DNA of 48,556 nucleotides from a virus (taxonomy: Duplodnaviria > Heunggongvirae > Uroviricota > Caudoviricetes): the IMG/VR virus record IMGVR_UViG_2706794697_000013; one strand, written 5' to 3'. Under the pieces are notes generated by a model that did no database searches, was not told where the DNA came from, and saw only the letters and a list, made by a program, of their open reading frames with translations. The number at the start of each line of letters is the position of its first letter. Within the stretch, counting starts at the first letter, position 1. This document shows, in pieces, positions 10,377 to 20,568 of this stretch. Both the position numbers and the translations under genes were made by a program.

Positions 10377-13300
10377 TTAACATTCCCCCATCACGTCGCA
10401 TATTTAACAGATTGCCCTGCACCCGCTGATCAACCATCCCCATAAGTGCTTTTATTGCCTGAGGGCCAATCTCTCCATTCTGGCCGTCATTTTGAATAGT
10501 GATTTGGTATACAGGGGCATAGGTAATATCTCCGCCTCCATTACCACTTTTACTATTAATAGCTCTGACACCAAGAGAACCATCGGAAGTTCGTGTTAAT
10601 GGCATAATGGCTTCCGGTCCAGCCTCACCAAAAACACCAGCCCCTTTTGCAAAAGCAAAAAATTGCGGGGAATCATAAATACCGTTCGAATACGTGCTCA
10701 ATGACGGAGACTCATAAACACCGCCCTTTGCATTCGGAATAAATTTACTAATAGCACTCCCGATAGTTCCTAAAATCCCCCCAGAAGAACTGTTACTAAT
10801 GCTGTCGAAAATCCCAGTAATTGAAGCCTTTAATGCTATTCGACTAAGATCCGAAATCACGGAAGTAGCGAAAGAACGAAAATTTGCCTTGCCTGTCGTG
10901 ACAAAATCACCCAGCGCATCGGTCATCCCATCAAACATCTGAGTCGTGGTTGATTTTATCTGCTCACTGATATCCTTAGTGTCATCCAGCCAGTTATTGA
11001 ATCCCTGGGAGGCACCACTAACCCAGTCTCCTGCCTGAATATCGAGCTGCTCGTTTTTCTGTCTGACAATTTCTTTTTCCCGTTCCAGAGCATCATTCAG
11101 AGCCTGCATTTTCTCTTGAAAAACATGATCTGACATTCCACGGGATTTATCTGCATAGTCACGTTCAAGTTGCAGACGCTGATTGTTATATCCATGTTCA
11201 ATCCGCAGTAATTCCTGCTGGCGTTGCTGATTTTTATCGCCAACCCCATAACCAGCAATCTGAATATCATACCCCTGCTGACGATTATCAATCGAAGCCT
11301 GCAATGAATCACGCCATGCTGTTATTTCGGCGGATTCCTTGATTAGCCTGTTATTTTTTTCAATCGCAACATTTTTCTCCATCAACGTGGTTATTTCTTC
11401 CCGGTGTAAGAGAAGCGATTTCTGATCCTGGGTTAATTTCGATGATGGTCGTGACTCTAGGTCGGCAATCCGCTGACGCCACTTAACCAGTTCCTGTTCA
11501 GAGGAACTTAATTTAACGGTCAACTCAGCTTGTGAACTTAGTAACGCATTCTGTTGATTCAGATGATCAATCATTCGTTGGGCTGCATCATCAGAATAAC
11601 CTTTCGCCTTTGGTTGCTTTGGATCTTTATAACGCTCATTTATTTGAGCGATAAGATTATTATATTCTTCCTTTGAATACTGATTCTTTAGCTTTTCCAG
11701 TTTTGCAAGTTCACTAGCTCTCTGCTGCTCCCGGGTCTGATATTGTTTTGAAAAGGCATCTGCTCTCTGTCTGAGTTCAATTCCTTCCTGTTGTCGCTTG
11801 TTGTAATCGTTTATTGATGAATTTAGTACGTCCTGAGCAATTTTTTCTGCTTGAAGTACGCCCAATTGCTGCTTTAATCGTGCCAGCCTTTTATTTTGAG
11901 CTCCGCCATCTCCAATGCCACCTAACCCGAAAACTCCGGGTCGGGTATTTTTTTCTATTTCATCAATTTGACGGAGAACATCTGAGATTTTTTGATCAAG
12001 GGAGGCCTCACGGCCAATATCCAGCATGGAATCCCATGCCCATTTTGCGGAGTCTGCGACAGCTTTCCATGCAGTCTCAAGATAACCAAGATTTTCTTTA
12101 ATCTGGTTGGTGCGCTGGATCATTGAGGATGAGTATTCTTCTGTCGCAATGCGGGCGGCCTCCTGCTGGTTCCCTTCATCCTGTAGCGCCTTAATCTGGT
12201 TATAAGTCGCAAGTGTCAGAAAATGGTACTGATCATTAAGTTTTGATATGGCACTGACAGGATCCTTTGCAATTTCATTGAAGTCATTAACCAGTTGTTC
12301 GGTTGATATTCCTGTTACTTCGCTCGTTTTTACTATCGCTGTCGTCACTTGCTCCAGCGAACTGCTCGCTACCTTTCCCGAACGCACAAGCTGATTTAAT
12401 ACTGCCGCCGCAGCACCAGTTGTCGAATCAGCCGCATTCCCGGCACGTTGAGCTATATCGCCCAATTGCCCGCTGGTTGTCCCCAACTGATTTCCGGTAA
12501 GAATAAGAGATTTATTAAATTCGTCCTGCTCCTGAGAGCCTTTATAGTAAGCCAGTCCTAAGACCCCAACGGCTGCTGCGGCCAGGGTAAAAGGATTAAT
12601 TAATCCCAGCACATAAGAACCTACACCTTTGATCGCCGGGCCAATCCCACCGAACATATCTTTTAGCTGGCCGCCCTGCTGCATTAACACCATAAATGGC
12701 GACTGACCAGTGGACAACCCAACAACAATATCCGTCATTTGTACAGGCAACATGCGCATAGCAAAAGCCGTTTGTTTTGCCGACATTCCGGTTTTGCTTA
12801 ATTGTGATTGAGTAACCTCAAGCTCACTCCGCATAGCACGAAGTTTTCCAGAAAGCTCCTCATACATTTCAGGAGAAAGCATCCCCTTAGCTTTTGCTTC
12901 ATTGAGCTGTTTCTGTTGTTCTACCAGACGATTAAAAGCAGTTCCGACAGGATCAAGTTGAGCAATCAGACGTTGCAAAGCAACAACCTGTTCATCATGC
13001 GCTTTTGCTGCTTCTCGCTCTGCCTGAGCCTCTCCGGTAAGCTCTCGCCGTGTTTCCTGTATTTTTCGGCTATAATTCTCAAACTGAGAACCATTTATTT
13101 TCCCGGATGCAAACGCAGCATTAAGTTCATCATGCTGTTGTTCAAGATTTCTTAGCGCCGCAGCCAGAGGGTCGATCTTGTCCAGCATTCTTTGAAAGGC
13201 CTGAGCCTGCGCTTCCTGCTGGGCGGCAGCAAGTTTTCCGGCCTTCTCGGCTTCTCTCTGCGCTTGCGCAACCCCGCTCAATTCCTCTGTGGTTTCATTA

Positions 13301-13602
13301 AGTTTACGGACAAGAAATTCATATTCTTCTTTATCAATAAGCCCTTTATCGAAAAATTTCTTTAATTCAGAATAGCGTCGACCGACAGTATCAATTGCGG
13401 CACCAACTGGATCAATAGCTGCTTTTAATTTTGCGAGCGCGTTCTTCTCATCTTCTGTTGCCTTAGTCACTTTCCCTGCGCTATTTGCAGCAGTTTCCCC
13501 AGCCTGCGTCATTTTGACTAATGAGGAGGTCAGATTGTCAGCATTATTTTTCGCTCCAGTGCTATCAATAATTATTGCGAGACGCGAGGTTTGCTCTGCC
13601 AT
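10369..13602 (-). CDS. Tail tape measure protein
   Basis: 1077 aa, coiled-coil-rich with a Gly-rich hydrophobic core, directly downstream of the G/T chaperone pair. Confidence 0.85.
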   Translation of the reverse strand: MAEQTSRLAIIIDSTGAKNNADNLTSSLVKMTQAGETAANSAGKVTKATEDEKNALAKLKAAIDPVGAAIDTVGRRYSELKKFFDKGLIDKEEYEFLVRKLNETTEELSGVAQAQREAEKAGKLAAAQQEAQAQAFQRMLDKIDPLAAALRNLEQQHDELNAAFASGKINGSQFENYSRKIQETRRELTGEAQAEREAAKAHDEQVVALQRLIAQLDPVGTAFNRLVEQQKQLNEAKAKGMLSPEMYEELSGKLRAMRSELEVTQSQLSKTGMSAKQTAFAMRMLPVQMTDIVVGLSTGQSPFMVLMQQGGQLKDMFGGIGPAIKGVGSYVLGLINPFTLAAAAVGVLGLAYYKGSQEQDEFNKSLILTGNQLGTTSGQLGDIAQRAGNAADSTTGAAAAVLNQLVRSGKVASSSLEQVTTAIVKTSEVTGISTEQLVNDFNEIAKDPVSAISKLNDQYHFLTLATYNQIKALQDEGNQQEAARIATEEYSSSMIQRTNQIKENLGYLETAWKAVADSAKWAWDSMLDIGREASLDQKISDVLRQIDEIEKNTRPGVFGLGGIGDGGAQNKRLARLKQQLGVLQAEKIAQDVLNSSINDYNKRQQEGIELRQRADAFSKQYQTREQQRASELAKLEKLKNQYSKEEYNNLIAQINERYKDPKQPKAKGYSDDAAQRMIDHLNQQNALLSSQAELTVKLSSSEQELVKWRQRIADLESRPSSKLTQDQKSLLLHREEITTLMEKNVAIEKNNRLIKESAEITAWRDSLQASIDNRQQGYDIQIAGYGVGDKNQQRQQELLRIEHGYNNQRLQLERDYADKSRGMSDHVFQEKMQALNDALEREKEIVRQKNEQLDIQAGDWVSGASQGFNNWLDDTKDISEQIKSTTTQMFDGMTDALGDFVTTGKANFRSFATSVISDLSRIALKASITGIFDSISNSSSGGILGTIGSAISKFIPNAKGGVYESPSLSTYSNGIYDSPQFFAFAKGAGVFGEAGPEAIMPLTRTSDGSLGVRAINSKSGNGGGDITYAPVYQITIQNDGQNGEIGPQAIKALMGMVDQRVQGNLLNMRRDGGMLSG

Positions 13603-13767
13603 TTATTAAAACTCCTGACAACAAAAAACCCACCGCGAAGTGGGTTTCAGGCGACATAATAGTAGATATAGCGATTACGAGGCCACGCAATGCTTTTCTC
13701 CAGGAGCATCATCGATTTAATTAAAGACACCATCACATCTCTGTAACAGAGTGTACGTAATTAACAA

Positions 13768-14086
13768 CTACACACACTGCTCCTGAAAATACTGGTCATC
13801 CAGTGCAAAGATCACTGCTTCAAATTCATCGCGCTCAATCAATACCGGATGAGTGGCTAAATATTCATTTATCTCTGTCAGAGATAAAGGCAAAGGCACC
13901 CCAGCCATTCCAGCATAACGTCGGGCACGGGATATTACCGAATAGGCGTACAACAACTCCTTAAGCACCGGGTCTATTTCTGGTTCCGGTATCGGTGGCA
14001 ACCTGAGTTTTTCTCGCTTCCATCTTGCCTTTTCCCCCCTTTCTCCCCCGAACTCCGATAACCACCGCTGGGCAGCTATGGCTTTT
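13768..14086 (-). CDS. T-frame extension of the tail assembly chaperone (G-T fusion by -1 frameshift)
   Basis: ORF in the -1 frame relative to G, lying between G and the tape measure; ORF track shows only the part after an internal TTG. Confidence 0.55.
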
Positions 14087-14537
14087 TTATCGTATCCTGC
14101 TTCTGCTGCTCTTTACCCTGGGCGATGCTGGCTGCTTCTGCAAGGATCTGCCAGTACAACTCTGGATTCTGCTTAAGCAGCGCGATCCCTCGTTCTGCCG
14201 TATATTCCAGTGCAACCTCAACACCATTAACCAGTTCACCAACCCCTTTCCAGTCTTTCAGCAGATAACGAGCGGCATTATCAATGAGTAAATCATCAAC
14301 AGAATCCACCTCGGAAACCTTTGAAATATCAAACTCCTTCGTTCCGACGTGCAAACTGGCATCCATTTTCTCAATGTGGCGACGGATTAATGCATTACGG
14401 GAGCGATACTGATCGTTATCGCTGCTTGCCACCAACAGTTTTAACCCGTCTACAGGTTTTAAGTCCTTCATTGGCGTAAACCAGCGTTCTCCACCAATGA
14501 TAATTTTCTGATTAAGAATAAACATCCATAACCTCAT
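14076..14537 (-). CDS. Tail assembly chaperone (G-like)
   Basis: 153 aa acidic protein between major tail and tape measure genes, with slippery site at its 3' end. Confidence 0.7.
   Translation of the reverse strand: MRLWMFILNQKIIIGGERWFTPMKDLKPVDGLKLLVASSDNDQYRSRNALIRRHIEKMDASLHVGTKEFDISKVSEVDSVDDLLIDNAARYLLKDWKGVGELVNGVEVALEYTAERGIALLKQNPELYWQILAEAASIAQGKEQQKQDTIKKP
14082..14088 (-). other. Programmed -1 ribosomal frameshift slippery heptamer A_AAA_AAG
   Basis: G reading frame ends AUA AAA AAG CCA UAG; the heptamer A AAA AAG sits three codons before the stop and the -1 frame continues into the T ORF. Confidence 0.6.
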
Positions 14538-14585
14538 TCAATGCGTCCCCCTGTAGGGCAGTACCACAGGAGGAATAACGGAAAA

Positions 14586-15548
14586 TCAACTAATCGCCTC
14601 AGCACTGGCTTTTGCGATCACGGCAGCCGGGGAATTTTTTTTTCTGGTTATCGTAGGTGCTTCATCTGCTGCGGTAATGCTCAATTGAACCTGGATAATG
14701 TCGCTATTACCCCCATCAGGCCATTCACCTGACACCTGAACCTTCGGGAAACTGAAAGTGTATGCCCCCTCTCCATTCGAAAGCGTGAAGCTGAACGGAA
14801 CTGTTTCTCCAGTCAGTGTTTTACTCCAGATTTCCCACGCGGCTTTAGACCATGAAAGCGTCACCGTACCGGACGGTGTAAAAGTAGTCGGAATATTTGC
14901 TCCTGCATAAGGCGAGCCAGTCCCGATACAACGCTGTGTCTGGAGTTTGTTATCGAACTGAATATCAAAACTGTCGATACAAAAACCGTTACCTCCGGCA
15001 ACACCATTCAGGCTTACTGCTGAAACCTCCTTAAACGAATAACGTAGCTTTCCTGCACTATCCACAGGTTCGCCTTTGATAAAATTCGTATCATCGGCCT
15101 TTGATTCCCAGTCCAGTCCGGCAAAGGTTACGGTCGCTGTAATATCGCCGTCGTTAGGGATCTGCATTTTCCATGAGCCAACCTGCGCTCCTCTGACGAC
15201 AGAGGCAATTCCGACATCGGACGCATAGGTCGCCAGAGAAAATGTTATTCGCTCATTCCCCATTGTCAGAGAATCGCCTGACCATTCCGCGCCGAAACAG
15301 GATGCAAGAAAATCATCATGTTGACCCCAGCGAAATTTGGTACCAACATCACCGCCGACATCCACAGTGCCAGGCGTCGCCCCCTGAGCCATCCGGGAGC
15401 CACCAATCTCATTATTTTCGCCTTTATTCTGGGTGGGTTTTACTCCCCAGCTTGTGCGTTTTAATAAACTCCAGTCACCACTTGCTGGCGTAGTGCCTGC
15501 AACCGTCTCCCGGATAAATGCCGAGATAACCTTTGCACCTGAACTCAC
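14586..15548 (-). CDS. Major tail protein
   Basis: 320 aa ORF upstream of the chaperone in conserved siphovirus order; not lambda V-like in sequence. Confidence 0.65.
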   Translation of the reverse strand: MSSGAKVISAFIRETVAGTTPASGDWSLLKRTSWGVKPTQNKGENNEIGGSRMAQGATPGTVDVGGDVGTKFRWGQHDDFLASCFGAEWSGDSLTMGNERITFSLATYASDVGIASVVRGAQVGSWKMQIPNDGDITATVTFAGLDWESKADDTNFIKGEPVDSAGKLRYSFKEVSAVSLNGVAGGNGFCIDSFDIQFDNKLQTQRCIGTGSPYAGANIPTTFTPSGTVTLSWSKAAWEIWSKTLTGETVPFSFTLSNGEGAYTFSFPKVQVSGEWPDGGNSDIIQVQLSITAADEAPTITRKKNSPAAVIAKASAEAIS

Positions 15549-15574
15549 AGGAGCCTCCTATGTCATTAATTGCG

Positions 15575-15967
15575 CTAGAGCGCGCGATATGGAATTTGAA
15601 GATTAAGCTGGAACCAGCCATTCTTTTCGCCAACGGCTATTGAGGAAACAGCCTGGTAACTGAGACGATCGTCATCCTGAAACTCAAACAGTTCCCGCAA
15701 TTTATCGGCTGTCTCAGTAATGAGTTTTGAACCAGAACCTGCGGGGACAAATAACTGAATAATGATTATCCCCGTGCGATAAACAACCGGCCCCGCGCCA
15801 ATTTCATTAACTCCAGCCTGCCCGGGAATATTACTTAACCGCGCCCAGATTAACTTACCGGAAGGATCGAACGTTGGCCCGTTCGGATACAATACGTCTT
15901 TTCCATCAATAATCGTCTGTGCCGTCATTCTGGAAATAACCGTATTTCTGATTTCAGTAAACTTCAT
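15575..15967 (-). CDS. Tail terminator / tail completion protein (candidate)
   Basis: 130 aa ORF immediately upstream of the major tail gene; call is by position only. Confidence 0.5.
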   Translation of the reverse strand: MKFTEIRNTVISRMTAQTIIDGKDVLYPNGPTFDPSGKLIWARLSNIPGQAGVNEIGAGPVVYRTGIIIIQLFVPAGSGSKLITETADKLRELFEFQDDDRLSYQAVSSIAVGEKNGWFQLNLQIPYRAL

Positions 15968-16344
15968 TTGTAAGCCTGTAAAACACCATGAAAAGCGTTG
16001 GCATACACGCCAGTTGGCGCTTGTTGTGAATGACCGTTTTCAAGAGCCTCTGCATAAGGAAGGTTATTCTGGATATAAATAACCCCGTAATTTGCAGCTT
16101 TCGAAATAACCCCGATCCCACGCTGAACAGCAATCGTACCGTTCGGATCCACGTTATCAGATATACCAAAATCGGGATGCTGTAACGACACCAGGTTGTT
16201 ATTTCTGAAACGTCCGGTATCAACCGGAGCAGCAATATCAATAGCAGTAAGAATCTGCATAGCGATGTAGCGAATCTTCAGCCCTACATCTTCCTCAATC
16301 ATCCCGGCAAATATTGACGGTTCTATATCCCATGCCTTTGCCAT
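15964..16344 (-). CDS. Head-tail joining protein (HK97 gp10-like, candidate)
   Basis: 126 aa, translationally coupled within the head-tail connector cluster. Confidence 0.5.
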   Translation of the reverse strand: MAKAWDIEPSIFAGMIEEDVGLKIRYIAMQILTAIDIAAPVDTGRFRNNNLVSLQHPDFGISDNVDPNGTIAVQRGIGVISKAANYGVIYIQNNLPYAEALENGHSQQAPTGVYANAFHGVLQAYK

Positions 16345-16728
16345 TTACGCTCTCCTTAACTGGATAGAGTAAACTGATGCGGAAGGATCTACACTTGCTG
16401 TAATTACCTCGTATCGTTGTAACTGCCTTGATACAGGATCATAAATCTCAATAATATGGTCGACAGCTGGTTTATCCGTAACCTCGCATACCAGAGCGGT
16501 TAATTTAAGGTCACCATGCAAAATATTAATCCCATCAATTCTGCCCAGCTTATAACGTGTCAACACGCCTCGCCCGGTATAGATTGCGGTTGATTCGCCG
16601 CCAGTTTCCGTCACAGGATCCCAGTGCCGGTGCGTAACGTAAGAACCAGAAAAATCACTCACGGCGTCCGCTAAATCCTCATCAAAAGCAGCGGCAACCT
16701 CTGACTGAATCTCTTCACGAAGCCCCAT
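16345..16728 (-). CDS. Head closure / head-tail adaptor protein (candidate)
   Basis: 127 aa, abuts neighbouring connector genes. Confidence 0.5.
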   Translation of the reverse strand: MGLREEIQSEVAAAFDEDLADAVSDFSGSYVTHRHWDPVTETGGESTAIYTGRGVLTRYKLGRIDGINILHGDLKLTALVCEVTDKPAVDHIIEIYDPVSRQLQRYEVITASVDPSASVYSIQLRRA

Positions 16729-17123
16729 TATCCCCCCCTCACAACCCTGACTTGTGAGCGACTAAGTCCGTACGGTTTCAGCAGTGCTATCGCAAGCTGT
16801 AAATCGGGTTCAAGCAATGCAGTGCTGTTTGCTGGCAACTCAGAAAATGATTTCGATACACTGACCCCGTCAGCCGACACGGCTTTACTGATAACAACGC
16901 CAGAATCATTTTTCTGCTGAAACAACTTACCGAATGAGGCAATTCTGGCTGCATATGCTCCCGCAAGTTTTACCTCTTCCGGAATACGGGATGGGTTAAT
17001 TTTCAGGTTGAAGCCATTAAGCCAGGCATTAGCCATTAAAACAGCTTTATTTTTAGCGTTCTCACTCGTCCAGGCGTTCCCAAACGCATTATCAACGTCA
17101 TCACAGGTCACGTAAGTGATCAT
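16728..17123 (-). CDS. Head-tail connector protein (gp6-like, candidate)
   Basis: 131 aa, first gene of the connector cluster after the capsid gene. Confidence 0.5.
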   Translation of the reverse strand: MITYVTCDDVDNAFGNAWTSENAKNKAVLMANAWLNGFNLKINPSRIPEEVKLAGAYAARIASFGKLFQQKNDSGVVISKAVSADGVSVSKSFSELPANSTALLEPDLQLAIALLKPYGLSRSQVRVVRGG

Positions 17124-17126
17124 GTG

Positions 17127-17303
17127 TTACTCCTGAGTTTTCCAGCCCATAGCCTTCCAGTTGTCAACTTCATCAGGATGAACATTAGCGATAGTTGGTG
17201 CGCCGGGAAACATCTGATAATCGGTCACCATAACCACTAACTCAATTTGCGTTTTTTGTGCGGCTTCACGCTGTGCTCTTTGCTCTTTAGTTAATCCGGC
17301 CAT
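17127..17303 (-). CDS. Small hypothetical head-module protein (58 aa)
   Basis: ATG start at 17303 with stop at 17127, filling the gap between capsid terminator and connector gene; RBS spacing is short; below ORF-track size cutoff. Confidence 0.3.
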   Translation of the reverse strand: MAGLTKEQRAQREAAQKTQIELVVMVTDYQMFPGAPTIANVHPDEVDNWKAMGWKTQE

Positions 17304-17313
17304 ATGCCCCCCA

Positions 17314-17337
17314 TTAAAAATGGGGCCGAAGCCCCGT
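17314..17337 (-). terminator. Hairpin terminator after major capsid gene
   Basis: Minus strand GGGGC-UUCG-GCCCC followed by AUUUUUAAUGG, immediately after the capsid stop. Confidence 0.6.
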
Positions 17338-17345
17338 TTGAATGT

Positions 17346-18485
17346 TTAACCAAGAATCAGACAACCATGTGCCGGCTTCACTGATGAAACACCCCATGCC
17401 AGTCCAACTTCATAGCGCACCTGGCGATACTGACGATACAGTGCAATCTGGAACGTAATCCCTGAAATCGGGTCCGTAACATTCATTACATCATCAGCAT
17501 TATCGCCACCTTCCGGCATTGCCGGAGTACGGGATGCCAGCAGAAACGCGTTGCGATCAAACGCCATATTTGCAGTAAAGGCCCCAACAACTGTGATGGC
17601 AGTATCATCGGCCAGATCCTGACGCAGTCCGGGCGCTGCAAGAGTAATCAGATTGCTGGTCGCTGCTGCCACAACATACTGATTCGGATCACCAGCGAAC
17701 GTAACAATCTGACCTGCAGAAATACTCCCCGAACCAGTATCAATGGAAATAAGAACATCGCCTTCTTTTTTCTCTCCATTCACGAGATAACCAGTTGCAG
17801 CAACCTTTGGCGCTCGTTTCACACCTGCCGAACTGTGAATATTGAATCCCTCCAGACGCCCCAACACGCCCTCACGCAGTAGCTGTTCAGTGCCGGATTC
17901 ATTCACTTTAAACAATACAGACTGTTTTCCGCGCAAATTAGCAATGGCAGTGGAGCCAAGCACCATCTGCAGATCGGTTGTCGGTGCGCCGTTATCCTCC
18001 AGAACCTGACGAGCCAGAGCAGCATCAGAAAGATCATCTTTAACACCAAACGGCGTTGTCCCTGCGGTTCCCACGGCGCGGGAAGCACCGAAATACAACG
18101 CACCAAGATCAGCCTCAACCTCGTTTGCAAGGGCGCGAAAAGCCTGCTTGAACTGATCAGCCAGAATGGTGTTGTAAGTCCCTGAAGGGCCAAGAGCCAG
18201 TTGTTCTTCACCATTCCATTTAACCGGTGCCATTTTGGATTTAGTAATTTTTACATCAACAGTGCCAATATTTTGATCACCGGTATTCGGAGCTGACGGC
18301 CCCGGTACGATATCTTCGGTTTTCGCCTCAGGCGCAACTGGCGCGGTTACCGTCTGATCTTTTGCTGCGGCGTCAGCTTTTGCGTTTTTTGCTACCGCAG
18401 GGATAAAACCTACCTGCTCACGGGATACAACATCCAGGGCGGTATAAATAGTCGGGATCAACCCGGTCAGGGTATTTCCAGCCAT
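17346..18485 (-). CDS. Major capsid protein
   Basis: 379 aa from ATG at 18485 (MAGNTLTGLIPTIY..) with an AGGA RBS; follows the scaffold gene. Confidence 0.75.
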   Translation of the reverse strand: MAGNTLTGLIPTIYTALDVVSREQVGFIPAVAKNAKADAAAKDQTVTAPVAPEAKTEDIVPGPSAPNTGDQNIGTVDVKITKSKMAPVKWNGEEQLALGPSGTYNTILADQFKQAFRALANEVEADLGALYFGASRAVGTAGTTPFGVKDDLSDAALARQVLEDNGAPTTDLQMVLGSTAIANLRGKQSVLFKVNESGTEQLLREGVLGRLEGFNIHSSAGVKRAPKVAATGYLVNGEKKEGDVLISIDTGSGSISAGQIVTFAGDPNQYVVAAATSNLITLAAPGLRQDLADDTAITVVGAFTANMAFDRNAFLLASRTPAMPEGGDNADDVMNVTDPISGITFQIALYRQYRQVRYEVGLAWGVSSVKPAHGCLILG

Positions 18486-18583
18486 AATTAAATATTCCTT
18501 AAAAATTTGCGTAATTGTGAATAGATGGAGTAATGAGCTATCCAGCCCTGACACCAGCTCCCATCCGGAAGCTGACAAATGTG

Positions 18584-19348
18584 TTAATCAACGATTGTGA
18601 TACCGTCTTTCAATGCGTTTTGCTTACCTGCAACATCCAGTGCATCAAAAGCAGAGCGTTTCATCGTTTTCTGACCAATATCATGCTGTGTCGGACGGGA
18701 GCCGCCGCCATTGTTGCCACTGGCTTTCAGGATGTAGTCTTTCTGAGGGTAATTTTCGACAAGGAACTCCAGCGCCTCATCAAACTGCGCCAGTTCGCCA
18801 GGCTTCGCGCGGGAATAAATTTTGTTGCCGGAAGCGTCATAAGCAACGATCCTCCCTTCTTCCACTTTGAATGCCTGCCCGAAGCGGGCTTGTAATAAAT
18901 CTGCCGGGATCGCAATTTTATCGGCAATATATTTTGAACCCGCAAAACTACCGCCAATCATAGAATCGTAAAGCTGCTTCTCCAGCATCTGAGAGCGTTG
19001 CTTTTCTTCATCTAATTGCTGCTGAAAATTTTTCGTAATTTCTGCCTTAACCTGGTCAACCTGTCCCGCATCGAGCAGCTTTTTCTGGTCGATTTTTGAC
19101 AGCATTTCCAGTGCCTCGATCGCCTTCTTCGGGTCTTCGATAGCGGCAAACTTAGCCAGTTTTTCCTCTGCAGCTTCTTTAGCCAGGCGATGATTTTTTG
19201 CCTCGCCATTAAGCTCTGTAATTTTTTTTGTCGCCAGCGGTGCATCGAAGCCAATTTCTTTACCATCGTCGTGCACATAAACTGGCAGGCCAGCAGTATC
19301 AATTTCTGCGTATTGTTTTCCGTTAATCTCGACCGTTTTCAGTTTCAT
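18584..19348 (-). CDS. Scaffolding protein
   Basis: 254 aa from ATG at 19348 (MKLKTVEINGKQ..), coiled-coil Lys/Glu-rich, directly upstream of the capsid gene. Confidence 0.6.
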   Translation of the reverse strand: MKLKTVEINGKQYAEIDTAGLPVYVHDDGKEIGFDAPLATKKITELNGEAKNHRLAKEAAEEKLAKFAAIEDPKKAIEALEMLSKIDQKKLLDAGQVDQVKAEITKNFQQQLDEEKQRSQMLEKQLYDSMIGGSFAGSKYIADKIAIPADLLQARFGQAFKVEEGRIVAYDASGNKIYSRAKPGELAQFDEALEFLVENYPQKDYILKASGNNGGGSRPTQHDIGQKTMKRSAFDALDVAGKQNALKDGITIVD

Positions 19349-19404
19349 ATTAGTACCTGGTTTAAGTCTTCCGACAGTTACGCTGCTCACCATCCGGATC
19401 GCAG

Positions 19405-19432
19405 CAATAAAAAAGGCCACCCGAAGGTAGCC
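19405..19432 (-). terminator. Hairpin (UUCG loop) with U-run between head morphogenesis and scaffold genes
   Basis: Minus strand GGCUACC-UUCG-GGUGGCC followed by UUUUUUAUU; one G-U wobble in the stem. Confidence 0.4.
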
Positions 19433-19452
19433 TGTTGTAATAAATGATTTAT

Positions 19453-20568
19453 TTAAATCCCTGCTTTTCTGAATACCTGTGCATCACGCTCACGGAGCTG
19501 CTTCAGCGTCAGCCATTCGCCTTTATCGGTGTAAAATTCATCTGGCGACATACCACCATCCCGAATCAGCTTTGCTCGGCTTTCCCCCACAATCTGTTTT
19601 TGTCTGGTGTAAGGCTGACGCAAAAACCATTCCCTGTAGGTTGTATCTCCGGCCACCACGCCATCCATGCTGGCCCGCTCAGCCGGGGAAATATCGCGAA
19701 CATCAATACCCAGTTCCTTCGCTGATTTCAGAATGAACGTTTCCGTTGAGCGGCAGCAGAAATGAATTTTTCCCGGCCCCTGCAAATAAGGCACGCTGTG
19801 ACCTACAGGTTTATTATTCAGCGTATATTTGAGGCGATCCCTGATTCGACATTGTGGCGTAGTACGATTATCAAGCGTTGATAACCATTGCTTACCCTTA
19901 ATCAAATCATTATTCGCGCTGGCAAAACTCTCACGGGCAGTAGCAGCAAGATGTCCAACCGCTGTTTTTGCAATGCTGGCCGCATTAGCCCGGCTCATCT
20001 GCAATGCACCATCCTGAAATCCCTTACTGACATGTCCCCGAATTTTTCTTGCGATCTGCTCATTGGTATCCCCCAGCAAAAAACCCTGACGCACTGTATT
20101 TGTTATGCGTCTGAGCCGATCCGCCTCAAGATCTGAGGCCCACTCACTGAGCAGTCGTCCCTGGAATGGTCGCGCCATTGCAGCGGCATAAAGTGCATCA
20201 GGAGAGATACCAACCAGAGGGTGAACATCAGCAACAAAATCAGGTAGCATAGAATCAAACAGACTTAACTGATAACCAGCCTCATAAATTGCCAGCTCGT
20301 TCAGCTCTCCGGAGAGACTGGTAAACATGCTGTTAATAGCAGTGCGGTTAACCTCTCTGACGCTCGCCAGAAGTGACTCCAGGCGCTTAACGGTAAAACT
20401 ACCTGGATCGAGGCTGTCCAGTGCTATCAGCAGGCGAGCAGTAAGTTCCGCATCGCTGTCATTCAGTATTTTCACCATTCTGGCAGCCACGCCAGTGCTA
20501 TAGCGGGATATCCAGACTGCATGAGCAATTGATTCATCACGCAGCCGTTCATTCACGGTTTGCATCAT
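19453..20568 (-). CDS. Head morphogenesis / minor head protein (Mu gpF-like)
   Basis: 371 aa ORF directly downstream of and overlapping the portal gene. Confidence 0.6.
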   Translation of the reverse strand: MMQTVNERLRDESIAHAVWISRYSTGVAARMVKILNDSDAELTARLLIALDSLDPGSFTVKRLESLLASVREVNRTAINSMFTSLSGELNELAIYEAGYQLSLFDSMLPDFVADVHPLVGISPDALYAAAMARPFQGRLLSEWASDLEADRLRRITNTVRQGFLLGDTNEQIARKIRGHVSKGFQDGALQMSRANAASIAKTAVGHLAATARESFASANNDLIKGKQWLSTLDNRTTPQCRIRDRLKYTLNNKPVGHSVPYLQGPGKIHFCCRSTETFILKSAKELGIDVRDISPAERASMDGVVAGDTTYREWFLRQPYTRQKQIVGESRAKLIRDGGMSPDEFYTDKGEWLTLKQLRERDAQVFRKAGI

